Below are positions 1 through 13,300 of a stretch of 64,000 bases of DNA, in pieces. Each line of letters opens with the position of its first letter. Positions within the stretch are counted from its first letter, which is position 1. The notes under the pieces are model-generated. The model ran no database searches and was not told where the DNA came from. It saw only the letters and a program-made list of their open reading frames with translations. The position numbers and the translations under genes were made by a program. The stretch is from NCBI GenBank assembly GCA_965178125.1, contig OZ237754.1, positions 620,001-684,000 of the forward strand, written 5' to 3'. The stretch is from Bilabrum cf. latius (taxonomy: Eukaryota).

Positions 1-131
1 TGGGCCCCTGTCATGCCACGCGGCACAGGGGGTGGGTGGCACACAGCGAGTCTGCATGCGTGGCCGTGTTGAGCAGATGAATACATGATGCGTAGCAAAC
101 ACAGACTCAACAGGTATTAGCGCGTTTCAAA

Positions 132-974
132 TCACAGCACGTTCCACTTGCCGGTGCGGCGGTATATGCCGAGCACCTTGTGCGCCTATCGCCTGATGGC
201 CTTGTCCGAGTCGCGGTTGAACACCGACTCGAGCGTGTCAATCACTCTGCTCTCCAAGCGAGGAGGGGAACCGTCGCAGATGATGTGCAACACCCTGGAA
301 CGAATGGACGAGTCGTCGTCCTCGGCCAGGTCGAACACAGCGTCCCAGAACTCGGGCACGTCAAGCTTCACCTGGCAGGGGCACATGAGGTCCAAGGCCT
401 TGAGCCTCACCCGAGCATCCTTGCTCTTCGTCAGTGTGACGAGTGCGGACACGTCGCCGCACGACGTGGCCTCACCGATGGCATCCTTGGCCAGCCTGAA
501 CTTGTCAGTGAGGCGCATGGAGGTGGCCGCCGGGTCGTCGGGGGCGAGCATGAGATCGGCCATCCGGTCGGCGGGTGTCATGGGCTCGGCGGCAGCCTCG
601 AGCTTTGCCCTTCGCTTAGAGCGGACGGACTTGCCGCCACCCTTTGCCTCCTTACGCTTGGCTAGCCTGGCTCTGGCCTTGGCGCGAAGCATGGCCTTCT
701 CTCTCCTGACCTCTGGCTTGGCGGTGGCGAGAGCCTCAGCGGCAGCCTACTTCTCCTCAGAGGCGGTAGGTGCCAACTTCAAAGATGCCATCACGGCAGC
801 TTCCTTCAAAGAAGCATCATCAACCACAGAAATAGCCGGCGAGGCGTGAGGCGATCCACTCAAGTCAACAGAATCGATCAAAACCGTCCCATCAGTGTCT
901 GCTATTCTGTCGTCCTCTTTCCTGCTAACGACAGACATACCAGAAATCACGGAAGAAGTGCAAGGGATCTCCAT
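132..974 (-). CDS. HEAT/ARM-like repeat protein (CPCxVK...CDGSP...RTGKWNVL C-terminal domain)
   Basis: ORFs 747..974 and 186..692 share a frame and are separated only by TAG (747). Reading through TAG at 186 gives IRR(Q)AHKVLGIYRRTGKWNVL-TGA (132-134). HEAT-like helices: ARVRLKALDLM, SSIRSRVLHII, KAIRR. Confidence 0.7.
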
Positions 975-1451
975 ATTGTTATGTGTTGGTTGAACGCCTG
1001 AACAAGCCTAGCCTTTCCTCCTACTGGTGCTTGTTTGTGATTTCCTATCGTTCCCGTCGTGCCGTGCGTCCCGCAAACCGGAACACCCGCGACGTTTTCC
1101 GGTTTTGTGGTTTCCGCGTTCCTGGTGGGCATCTGCGAAAAGCTCACCCATGCAGCCACTCATGGATGCACTAAACGTTACGGAGACACGAGTATGCCCT
1201 TGTGCAGTCACCGAAGGACAGATTGTCGGCACACGATGCAGTGTTCCTGATGCACCGCCCTTGCCGTTGGAACCTGCCTTAGCTACTGTCCAGCCGCCAA
1301 TACACCCATGATGTGTGCCAGGCGTACGTGGGCCAATCGGGTCTCAGCAAAGCCAGGACAACAATTGTAACGGGAAAAAGAAGCAATTTACTGCAAGCTA
1401 AAGGCTAAGGCGTGTCATGCTCAGTCAAACGAGCCGCGGTGCCCCTGTTCC

Positions 1452-4400
1452 TCAGGACCCCCCGCTCCCCCAATACATGCCCCCACCAACACCGCCGTCT
1501 CCTTCCCTCCCCCTCCCGACCGCCACATCGCCATAACTTTCCCTGCCACCCGCACCGGCATGTACCCTGGCCCCTGCCGAGTGCTAAATCGGACCCCCCG
1601 CCCCCGCCCCGCTAGAGGGCCCCCCCATGCCCCTGCCCACGCCCCTGCCCTCCTCCTCATCATCATACATGTGCCCCCCGTGCACACGCTCCCCCTCGTC
1701 CCCGTGCGGATCGTACGCGCCATCTCCCCCGTCACCGTATCCACCGTACTACCCATATTCATCACCGCCCACGCCCCCTGCACCGTCCCCATCAAACCGC
1801 TCGCCGTCACCTCCACCCCGCGCGGCATCGATCGCCCTCTGCCTTGCCAGGTCGGCATCCGCCTCCAACGCGCCCACGTCCATGGCCACCATCTCGTGAG
1901 TTGCCCTCCCCAGCCTGTACCCCTGGCCCCCGCGCCCGCGCCCGTGCCCGTGCCCGTGCATGCCCGCTTCGCTGTCGTCGTCCTCGCTGTCTCCGTTGAT
2001 GTACGACGCCGCCACCATGGGGTCGCCCCTCGGGCCTGCTTGCCTCGAGACGGCGTCGCACCACTCCCGGTTGTGCGCCCTGAATCGATCCAGCTGTATG
2101 CGCCTCCACACATCCCCACGCCCGTCTGTCCGGTCGTACTGCAGTGCAATGCACAGAGCGTCGTCGGCGTTGGCGGCAAGGATATCGTGATCAGAATTCA
2201 GATACGCCCCGAGCCTGGCACAAGCATCTGTCTCGTACAGAAGCACGTTCCGGGCATCTTTCTGGTGCATGAGCCTGTACACAGCGGTGCAGGCCTGGTT
2301 GACAATCTCAGGGTCCTCCCCCTTGCTACCCAGCACCTCGGCTAGCAGCCCAGGCACGTGCGACTTGCCCAAATGCTTGGCGCCCTGCTTGTCGAGCGCC
2401 ATGGCTGACACGAACTGGGTCGCCTCCAGAAGGATGTCGTCGTCAGTGACACCGGGGGCCAGGTTGGATTCAAGCAGCTCCATCATGCGCGGCATGGCGG
2501 CAATGTCCCCCCACGACGTGGCAGAGGGCATGTCCCTGGGAGTTAGGTTCGACATGAGCCCGAACACCTCGACGAGAAGATCGGGGGATGACGTGCCGAG
2601 CAGGCGAACAAGGGCATGTACGTGGGGCTGCCACGTGTGCCGAAGTCTGTACGAGTAGCTCATGCCAGACTCACGCGACCAGTCCGGCTCGGTCTGCACT
2701 GCCACCGCACGCGCTTCACCTGCGTTTGCCCCTTCTGCCAGGGCTCCTTCGTACGCGCTCTTCTTAGCTTCTCTGTTCCGGTGAGCAGCGGCGGCCTCGG
2801 CTGCCCTGCACTGCACCTCCAGCGTGTACTGGCTGACGTTTCTAAGAATCTTGACGGTGGACGGGTCCTTGGTCGTGGTGGCGCGCTTGACCAGAGGGGC
2901 AACAAGCTCACGCCTGCAGAGATCAGCCGCTGCTGCCGGGTCCAAAGTCAGGTTAACGGCTGTGCCAGCCAGCTCGGCAGGCAGCTGCTGCTTAGGATAA
3001 TGCGTCACGAGCTGGATCACGATGTTGGTCGCCTCCGTCCGAGTGAACAGCCTCTTGGTCGGGTCATCCATGGACATGTGGTACATGAGTCGCAGGCTCC
3101 CTTGCCGGTACGCCTTCTCTCGCAGCAGCCGCGCGATCCTAGGCACCAGCGAGTGTGCGACCATCAGCCGGACCATCCTCACGTCGAAGGACAGAGCAAA
3201 CAGCAATCGGAGGGCGCTCTGCGCAAGGACCGTGTGCCCGCACGGCACGATCGCGGCAAGCCCGCGGATGACATCGTCCCCGTGCTGCAGAAACGCCTCA
3301 GAAAACTCCTCCACCAGCGCCAAGTTGCGCAGGAACGTCACCACGAGCAGCAGGAGCTCAGGGTTTGGTCTCTCCAGCAAGGGGGCAAGCAGCCCGATGA
3401 TGCCCCTCTTTACCATCTTCTCCTCGATCTAAGCATCGCTCGCCAGGTTCAATAGCACGTGAAAGCAGTAATAAAGCAGCCTCTCTTGCCGTCTGGTCAG
3501 CAGGGCAAATCGTCTTCGCTCCTTTGACAAGTCGACCCTGCCCTTGGGCAGCGACTTTAGCTTGATCTTGGGCCTGCTGCGCCCCCCCTCCTTGTCACCG
3601 GAGGAGGACTTGCCCGAGGACGATCGGCCCGACTTGCTCCCTTTCTTTCCTTTCTTCTTTCTGCCCGAGTTGCTCGCAGCCCCTTCATCTCCATCGCCAC
3701 CGTCTGCCCCATCGCCGCCCTCTGCCTCGGACACCTCCCTGCCCTCGTTGAAGGCCACTCTGAGCTCCTCGTCCTTTCTCCTAAACTCTGCCTCCGCCTC
3801 TGCGTCACCCCCTTTCTGCAGGCGGTACAGCTGCTCCTGCCTCTCCAAATCTCTGCTCCTTGCAGTGTACCTCTGGTTCTCGAGCTCTGCCACCTTCATG
3901 GCCACCTCGCCCACCCTCCTAGAAGTGAGTGCCCTGTGGAAGTCAGAGTAGTGGGAGATGCAGTATAGGATCTCCATGAGAGTCGTGGTTAGTTCCGTGT
4001 TCTTCTTGTACTCCTCCCTTGCCATGCGAGCCAGCGCGTCAAGCAGCACGTCATGGTCCACGATGGTGCCAAGGTGGTCAGAGTACCTCGCCAGCGAGAG
4101 GACCTTCAGTGCGGCCTGCGTCTTTGCGTCGATGTCCTCTTCGTACAGGTCCTCCATGTAGTCCTCGAGCTTTTCTATTCTAGTGCTCTCCTCGGCGCGG
4201 GTGACTTTTGACGTGTGCTTGGCGAGGTCAGCAGCGGCGGCCGCGTCAGGGGACAGGTCGAGCGGCTGGGGGCCCGTATCCTCAAGCGGTTGCAACTTCG
4301 GGCTGGAGGGGCGAGATCTATCCCGGTCCCTGTCCTTGCCCCGTGTCTGAGACCCGGAAGCGGGTCCCGCCCCGCCTCTGCTGCTGCCAGCGTGTTTACC

Positions 4401-5303
4401 ACTACCTCCGCCGGTGCTGGTGGCGCTCGGCCCCGGTGGTGGATCGGTCTTTCTGTGCGCCTTGCTGTGGCCATGGCTGGAATCGCCCGCCCGGCCTATC
4501 TGCTGGGGGGGCTGCTCGCTTCCCGAGGCTGGCGGGGCAGAGCCCCCGTGAGCATCTGCGGCGCGGGAGCGGCCGTGCCTCGCAGCACTCTGCGGTCTTG
4601 CCCTGCGGCTTGTTGTGCTAGCTGGGCCTTCGTGGGCATGGTGCCCGTTGCCTGAGTCTTCCGGGAGCTGCTCGCCTCTGGCAGCGGCCTGTGTTGCAGC
4701 AGCGGCCGATTTTCGAGTGGCTTCGCCAGCATCTGCAGATGCCAGCTGTAGCTCGCCAAGCAGCTCAATCACCTGATAGAATGGCAGAGATATGCACATC
4801 ATATAGCATCCGTTATCTGGAGCGCAACGTTCAAAGGCCCTAATCATCAGAATTCTACGAGCTCACCTTCGGCAGCCATTCGTCGGGAATGAGCTCTCCA
4901 CACTTCTGCACAATGTTCTCCCCCAAAATGGAGATGTCAGTGTCTTCCGACATCCCTTTCAATCTAACTCTGTGATACTCGTGGATAGAAGCTTTCGCGA
5001 TACGTGCGGTATCCGCTACCAGCTCGGCGTCCGTTGGACTAATGCAATTCGACACTCTCCGCCTTACCGTTTCTACTTCTGCTTTCTGATGGACGAGACA
5101 CGATGTCCATCGTCATCGAATACTTGGTTCTCTTGCTCATAAATAATGAGCAGAGCTTTCTCGGCAGGATCAACTGCAAGAAAGGGAGGCATGCTGTACT
5201 GTCCGGCAAGATTAGCGACGTGAACCATGCTGACTGCATGCGATCGGGCACGAGGGAAAGACTCACGTTTAACATCCTACGGATTAATGACTTTCTTCTC
5301 CAT
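1452..5303 (-). CDS. KIFAP3: Kinesin-associated protein 3 (kinesin-2/IFT accessory subunit); 4 exons, 5 in-frame TAG
   Basis: Motifs DPAEKALLIIYE, VRLKGMSEDTDI, LEDYMEDLYEED, RQERLLYYCFHVLLNLA, ELLLLVVTFLRNL, YHMSMDD. GT-AG introns at 5174-5266, 4970-5067 and 4773-4866. TAGs include 5073, 3429, 1749 and 1584. Stop is TGA at 1452-1454. Confidence 0.9.
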
Positions 5304-5816
5304 GGATCACCTCGTGATCGTCGAAGACTGCCCCTTGCACTTCAGACCGTTGTGAAACTACACGCTATCACACAAAGCACGTCAACTGCGCAAACTGCGT
5401 GACGTAGACAGCCACTACACGCGTTTCGCCCTCGCTCGTACCACCTCTCGTGGCCACACTCAACCTGGTAGAACGACCTGATGCCGCTGCAGTGCAGGAG
5501 TAGAGGGCTTCGGTGAGCTCTGTGTGTGTGTCCAGGAGAGTGCCCTCGCCTTCATCAATCGAATTGGGACCACAAGGGTGGGGCAAGCATGCACAGTGGA
5601 ATCCAGCGCCACCAGTATGCCGTATTCCGGCACCTTGCCCGCGTCAATGAAGGCATGAGGGCTCAGGCAAACAAGACTTTCTGGCTTTGCGACCGTAACA
5701 TGATGAAGATGAAGATTCAAAGTGTGATCGACCAGCTGGCGCTGCAGAAATCTCACAACTGTGGGGACGCCAGCTGATACTTTTTCTAGTATAAGCTTGT
5801 GCCACCTATCATAACT

Positions 5817-8800
5817 ATGTTGTAGATTTTGGCGCTGCTCGCTGCTCTGTGTGCTGCTAGCCAAGCAAGCGCAGCCCGCGATATTGGAAAGGAAGAATTA
5901 CAGGCGACAATTCGCTCCTTAGGGCTTGATGATCCGCATTCTGACAAAAAGGAGCACGCTGAGAGGTCATCTAGAGAGGCTGTTAGTGATGAAGAGCACG
6001 AAGATACGATGCCTCACCCGCTCGAACACGAAGACGAGCATCCCGAGGATATTGCGGCGAAGATGCACAATATGACGGCTCCAACGAAGGCGCACCGCAA
6101 GCATGCCCTAAAGCATTCACTTCGACACCCAGCAGGAGCCAGGGCGATTCGTGAGCGTTTGCAGGCGACATATTGCGAACCTGCAGGGACCGGGCGGCGC
6201 GACCACACGGCCGTTGTAAGCACTCGCGACATGCTCGACGATGCCTCGGAAGAGGGTCAGTTCCCGACCCATGCAACTACGGAGATTCAGATTGGCGTCG
6301 CAGACGCCCTTCGCTCCGCGCACGAGTCGGTTGTCGTCGGCGGTGTCAGCCTTGTGTTGGCCCAGACGCAGATCGTGTTCAGGCACGGCGACCGAGCAGG
6401 CATGGTGACCACCCCTGGCGCCAAGCCGGCCCGCTGGAACTGCACCATGCCGATTGAAAGCGACATGAATAAGGCCCGCATGTGGACGGCATCCGCCCAC
6501 GCCTCGCACCACCCCCACAAGATGCAGTCAGAGGAAGAGGGCGAGGCCGTCAACAGTGCAGTCATCTTCAAGAGGTATGCCGCGCTCTACAACGACGAAA
6601 TGTGCACGGAGCTCGGGCTGGTGGGACCCGCAAGGGCAGGGCCCCCGCTGCCCCCAGGGTGGGGGGATCCCCTGGGGGAATCCCTTGGGCAGACCGACAC
6701 GAGCAGCAGCGGGGGGGGGGAAACCACGGACGCATCATCGAGGCTGGCAGCGGGCGCGTCCGATGACTCGTGGCAGGACGGGGCAGCGGTGGCACAGGAC
6801 GGCACCATGCTGAGCGACCCCACCGCTCCCGTGGCGGGACCCCTCTCTGACCCTCCCACTGATCCCGACGACCAGCCGCCGGCGGCGCAGGCAGAGCTCA
6901 AGGACCCTGGCCAGAGGGCTGCTTCTCGCCTTATGCAGCAGCTCGGGTATCCCGTGGCAAAGCGGTGCGGTGCTGTGGCGGCGGGGCGCTCCCGCTCCAT
7001 CCCAGAGCCGGCAAGGCGCGGGCTCGAACCCGAGCACTACTTGGGCGACTGCGTGGCTGGCCAGCTGACCCCCCATGGGATGATGCAGGCGGTTGAGCTT
7101 GGCCATGCCCTGCGGCACAGCTACAACCCTTTGAACGGGGTGTTCGCCATGGGCGCCTCCTTCGTCGAGCCAGTGCATGTCTCCAAGCACTTGGCACGGC
7201 CGAAGGGAGGCACTGGAGGCGTGCGGTCAGGCGAAGAAATCGCAGAGAGGGAGAGGGCCCGTCGCGCCAAATCCGAGGAGCCCCAGACGATGCACCTCTA
7301 CCCGAACAAGCCGCTGTTGAGACATTGCTTCCACCCCGGGGAAGTGTTGCTGCAGTCCACCAACTTCGGGCGCACCGCGATGACCGTCGCCGGCGTGTCA
7401 CACGGAATGTACACAACCGACTGCCTCCATCCCAAGAACATCACCGGCGCTCCTGGGGGCCCCGAGCAGCAGGGCCACAAGGAGAGGCACATGGGACTCT
7501 CTGCATCTGCCAGTCGCCTGCTGTACGCGCTGTATCCGGAGAACGATGAGCATGAAGAGCAATTCGAGTTCGACTACAGCGAGGACCGCATCGCGTACAT
7601 CGGGGAGATGTCCGAGAAGCGAGAGATGGAGAGGAAGGCGCTCGGCCTGCCGCCCCTGACCGAGGACGAGGAGCTGGAGGCACAGCACCAGGACGCGGAG
7701 AAGTACTTCGGTGATCCCATGCTGCCATCCGCCAACAGGGAGGGCGACGCCTGGCTGGGCGACTACCCGAGCCGGTTCATCTCGGTCGTGCCCAGAACGG
7801 CTGACCCCTTGCTGCTTGCCAAGCACCACGAGCGTTGCCCTGCCGCGCAGGCCATCTCAGACGCGCTCGCCCATTCCCGCGGGGAGCTGCACAGACAGCA
7901 CGAGCCACCGCTGGCAGACGGTCTCCGTCGGATCGCCAAGCTCGGAAGGGTGCCCGAGGGAACGGCGCTCCGCGCGCACACGACCGAGCTTGCGGACGAC
8001 GTGATGACTCGCCTGTGCCACAACTACCCGCTCCCGTGCGCGCGCGGCTACAGCGATGGGCTGCCTAGGTCCCTGCAGCTGCGGCGCTCTCCCAAAAAGG
8101 CAGCTCAGCGGAGGGCCCTTGCCATGGCGGCTGACTACCCGTGCCTACGGAATGACGAGACCAAGGCGCTGCTGGAGCGAGCCAACCAGGCATACAGCGA
8201 CTACTACGACGGACCTGACACCGCCCTGCTGATGGAGCGTGCAGCCAGGGCCATGCTGAGGCAGGCGCAGAGGAGAGGCGCAGAGCTGCAGGCGAGAGCG
8301 GCGCTGGGTGCCGACAACGACGTGGAAGCAGCGAGCCGGCCCATTGGGCCACCTGCCGGTGACCTGGCTCGCGCACAGGAGAGGATGGAGCAGGAGGGCG
8401 AGGATCGTCGCACTGCCATGTATCTATCCGCTGACGGACCCATGGGTCCCGACGATCTCAAGGCGGCCGAGACGCTCGGCAAGGATCTGCTGGACCACTT
8501 TGACGGTGACTCGCTGCTTCGGAGGGTACGAAGAGGCTCGTCTCTCCCCCGCAATATGTCCGTTGAGGACGCCCGCTCCTGGCTCGGGCTCCGTGCGCCC
8601 CATGCAATGGTGGAGCACAAGGTCGGCAAAGCCAAGACAGACCTGCAGAAGCTCGCCAGCAAGGCACTCCCAGGCATCTACGTGCCCGAGGCCGTGCAGC
8701 CGCATGTGGTGCTGCGTGCTGCCCACGACACCGTCATCTACCCCCTGCTTTCTGCACTAGGGTACCACCCCGCAAAGCACCCTGGCTACCTCAGCAGGGT

Positions 8801-10025
8801 TACCATGGAGACGTGGCGAGCCGGGGCGGTCGTGCGCGGCAAGAAGGGCACAGGGAAGGGCACCTGGACCAAGGGGCGAGCTGACTTGAGGGCGGGCGAG
8901 GTCTACATCCGCGTGCTGTTCGACGGCGTGGACATCACCCCGCACCTGCCCTGTGCCAGAGACACTGCGCGCATCCTTCGCGCGCTCGGGTCTGCGGCTC
9001 GCGCAGAAGACAGCCGTGCTGAGTCGATCGCGATGGGTCACGATAACCACAGGGTGAATGGTCCCGGCATCCACGACGCGACCGTGCATCAGCTGGAGGA
9101 ATTCGGGCCCGATAGCCACGAGAGCGGGAGCCAGCAACAGCAGTAGCCCTTTGGTGGCCGGGACCTTGCCGCTGAAGATCCAGAGAACGTCGGTGAGATG
9201 CTGAATGCAGGCGCTGGCATGGGTGACGGCGAGCTCGGAATGAACGAGGACGACGAGGAGGATTTACAGGACGAGGAGGAGAGCGAGGACGAGGGTCCCT
9301 CTCTAGAGCGAATGAAGAGCAAGGCTGAGCGAGAGCTGCACGAGGTGCGCGAGAACGAGAAGCTCGCTTGGGCCAAGCACGTCACAGCCCATTCCACGCT
9401 TGCACGGCACTCTGAGTGGCCAAAGAGGAATGCGTCAGACGGCAAGCCCTTCGTTGCAAGCCCGAGGGAAGTCCTCGAGCGGCTGCAGAAGCTAAGCCGC
9501 CGTACCATGGCTGCGGCTGGCTTCTGCTTGGCGTCCACGCTCGAGGCGCACCTGGACAGGCAGCTGATGATCGGTGCCCTCGCGGCCGAAGAGGCCAAAG
9601 CAAAAGTCAGGCGCGCCCGGCTAGCCAAGGCCACGGGAAATCCCGTGGTTTCAGAGCCGCTGTCTTTCGCTGATGAGAGCGTCGGCCCAAATGAGTCCGT
9701 GGACGACCATCTGCAGGTTAGGCTGGAGAAGTCCAAGCACCGCCTCGCGAATCGCAGGGGCGACTGGTACGCTGCCTGCGGTCTGCACTCGCCCCCACTG
9801 GACGCCGCCGAGGAACTTGATGCAATTGCTACATCTAGAGTGTAGCCGATTGCCCTCGGTGGTGACCTTGACATTCGGGATGAGAGGACAGCTGCGATGC
9901 CGCCAGTGCACGGCCACCGCCTCGCAACCGCTCAACCACGAGAGCACCCTTCGTTCTCGATCCAACATGATGAGGACGGCATGGGCGCGGACGATGCTGG
10001 GTCGCTTGAAGAGGAAGGAGTATGA
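5817..10025 (+). CDS. Secreted/lumenal histidine acid phosphatase (branch-2 histidine phosphatase) with large insertions
   Basis: Motifs FRHGDR, GQLTPHGMMQAVELG, STNFGRTAMT and AAHDT. ATG 5817 gives signal peptide ML(Q)ILALLAALCAASQASA once TAG 5823 is read. Further TAGs at 9144 (in cag caa cag cag tag) and 9843. Stop is TGA at 10023-10025. Confidence 0.85.
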
Positions 10026-10313
10026 AGGATTAGACGTGTGACCTCTCAATTTGGTAGTCACCTGCAAGCGCACCTGTAACTACTTTTGTATAGGCTACTG
10101 CTGTCGCCTCATCAGATCCTTGTTACGGGGCGTGTCAGATAATTTGGATCTCGGGGGATTTCGGTCACTGACTGTCACATGCATCTAGGTATACAGGATT
10201 CAAATATTGAAATTTTGAGTGTAGGTTATAAAACATCCTCGGATCTTGGATTAGCTAGCACCCTTCGTCCTGCAAGGTATAATTTGCGACCTAAGCACTG
10301 GCCGTTCCCTAAT

Positions 10314-13300
10314 TCAGTAAAGCCCTGCCCCGCCGGCTGCCGCACCGCCACCACCCTAGGAAGCCTAAATGTGCTGCGAGAGCAACAAAAATGCCTTCTA
10401 TGCTACAATCTGCTGCATGCTCTCCGGTACGTCAGCAATGGCTGCCATCATGCCAGCTCTATCATTGGCTCGCCCTCGCGCGAGAACCCGCTCGACGTGC
10501 TCCTGAATGGAGAGGGTAGGTGTTGATCCACTACCCGCTGCCTCCGCAGTCCCTTGTTGGTCTTGAGTCACGGAGTCCACCCCCGTGTCCTACTCGAAGC
10601 GAAGCCGTTCAGCGTCAAAACAAGGGGGGCACCCAGACGATGCCATCGAGGCATGCCACACCTCGGTTCGGTTCCTCGCCCTACACTGCTCCCGCAGTGA
10701 CGCCCCGCTAGGCAGACGAGCTACCGCAAAGTCAGACGCCACATCGCCCAGAGCGAACACGGGTTGCTCGTACAGTGACAGCGACGCGCCGGCATACCCT
10801 GTTTCTGGAGCAAGCGGAACACCAAATACGTCTGCAATCCTTGTTGATATACTCCCACTCTGCAGCCAAATCCCATGCCCTGCAAGGCTGGCTGCCGCCC
10901 CAGTGCGACCTGCTGCTGCTCCTGTTTGTCTTGCAAGTACCGTGTGGAGGCTCATCATTTCTGGAATAGGCTGGAAGCGTCTTCCCTCCAACGCCGCCAT
11001 GCCAGCCGTGGCGCCGCGTGCTGTAGCAACGTTGGCAGGTCTGGCAACCACGGCCTTGTGCGAATCGTATTGGTCCTTGCCAAGAACCGCGATCGCTTGG
11101 GCTTCCGTCAACGCCGTCACCCTGGAGGTGTCAATACAATGCACGCACTAGTGCTGCAGCACTACGCTCTCAGGCACGATGCACCAAGCCAGTGATAACT
11201 GACGCCCTGACGGCACGTCAGCTTCGTCCACATCGCGGAGCTTACCTTGACCTTTCAGCTGCTTAATCTTGGTGACCATCCTAGAGTGCGGACCTCCACC
11301 GTTCTCACGCATCAAGCGACCGATTCGCATCGTGCTGGGAGCTCCGACATAAGCAAGCTCTGCCGCTGCCGTTCCATCTACGTATCGCCGCTTATCCAAA
11401 CATGCCTCTGGTCCAAGTACAAGGGAAGGCACAATCAAGGGGCCAAGCATGATGATCTCCCTGCCAACGCCAGCTGCCTCTCTCAATGCGCACGAGGCCA
11501 CGACAAGCTGCTCGGATCTATCGGCGCGCACCGCATCTTTGACGCTACTGTACGCCACAGGACTCAAAGGGATAGCTGTGGCATACGCCTTGTGCTCACT
11601 CTGCTTCATCAATTCCGTATTTGATGTGTCAGGGTGCATCTCCAGCTAGCACCGCAATGCGTTTGGACTCTCTCGAATGTACTCCCGACTGGAACGAGTG
11701 CCCTTGCCGGCTACAGCTCGCACACCCGACTAGGTCATCGGGTACTCCTTTAAGATAGCATGCTTCTTCATCGCAAAAGCAACAGTGCGATACGAACTAC
11801 GGCAATTTAAACCCATGTGCAGGTTGGCTTCGGGCACTGCGTCAGGTCCCGTGCTTGGACAGGCCTTGCCAGCCAGTCGCAAGACACTCGCCTTGCCGGC
11901 CCTGGCACTCGCTGCGTCACGTGCGTCATCGTCTATCCGCGGCTCGAGGATGCGCCCAGGATCAACTAGGAAATCCAGCCTAGGTCGAGAGGCTTGCTTA
12001 GCGATGGCCTCGGCGCGGGCCTGAACCAGCCGGTTGGCAATCTCACGAGCTGCGACAAGACATCGGGCCCCCTTTTGCCTTGCGAGAGGGCTTGAAAAGG
12101 TGAGAATTTCCTACACAATCATGTTGGAGCCCTCCGAAATTGACCTCGGCTGCACGATAGCAGAGAGAGCGTGACCGATCTGATTGACCGCCTCGGTTAG
12201 CGTGGTACCATGGTCCGATACCCATTCGTCATTCTGTAGCGTCATGCCCAGCAGCGGCGACGCCAAGAGAGCCTGCTGCCTGTCCCGCTCCTTCTGATCG
12301 AACTGGTCGAGCATAGCAACGACAGGGTCACCGGTGCATCGAAGCGCGCGATTGAACGCCGCAGCTGCACCCTGTGTTGCATACTGGCGTGATGCACCCA
12401 TGCCGCCGCTCTTCTAGTACCAGTCCGCGACAGACTACGCCATATTTCGAGACGCGAGGATGGCCGAGCCTTTGATTTCCTCACGCAGCAAAGGAAGCAG
12501 ATCCAGGAGTCCGCTGCTTCTCGAAAGCATGGGGTTGTGCTCTGGGAACAGCGGCATCACCCCGAAGGCCGGTTTCGGGGGTGCCACCAAGGCCGATGCG
12601 CAGCGAGGGTCCTGTCGAATATGCTCTCTAATGAGGCCCATGGCAGCCTGCAGCGTGCTGTTTGGAGAACCGACCAATTGGACTGGATCGGTGACTGGTA
12701 CGGCGGAGTCCTCTGCTGTACTCGAGGCCTGGGCACCAGCAACATCACCGCCAGAGGCACCAGCCTGATCGACTCGCTCATAGACGACCATGTAGCTGCG
12801 CCTGGCCCCAGTCTGACCCTCTGCATCGCGCACAACTTTCTCCCAAGGAACCCCGGGAGTAACATTTTCGTCGTTATACTTGACCCAGGTTGAGTCTTCC
12901 TCCCTGGCATCTGCCCGTGAAAGCCCCCCGAGACGAGCGTAGGCATAGTAATGGCCAGCCATGTATGTCGGACCATCGTGAATGACCACTGCGCGCACTC
13001 TGTACACGAGCCGCGCGTGTGCACGGTACGCCTGAAGTACCTTTCTGCACAGGGCTTCTTCCTGAGCGTCTCCCTCGCGACTGCCTGACTGCAGGGCAGC
13101 AACAGTCTCTCGAAGAATTTTCTCCTCTGCCACAACTTCCATGCTCCTTTTCAGGACTTGGGACTGCTGCATGCTGTCCATCGAGTCTAGCTGCTCCATT
13201 GCCAAACTCAGCGTCATAATCTCATCTTGGATTGCTCCTAGTGATTGCTGAGCGGTCTGCAGCTCTTTCCTTTTCGCTACAGTCTTACTCGTGGCCCGAT

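Noticed and set aside
5526-5777. Small plus-strand ORF upstream of the phosphatase
   Set aside because: No recognisable motif, and it lies in the divergent promoter region. The phosphatase has its own ATG at 5817 once TAG is read as sense.
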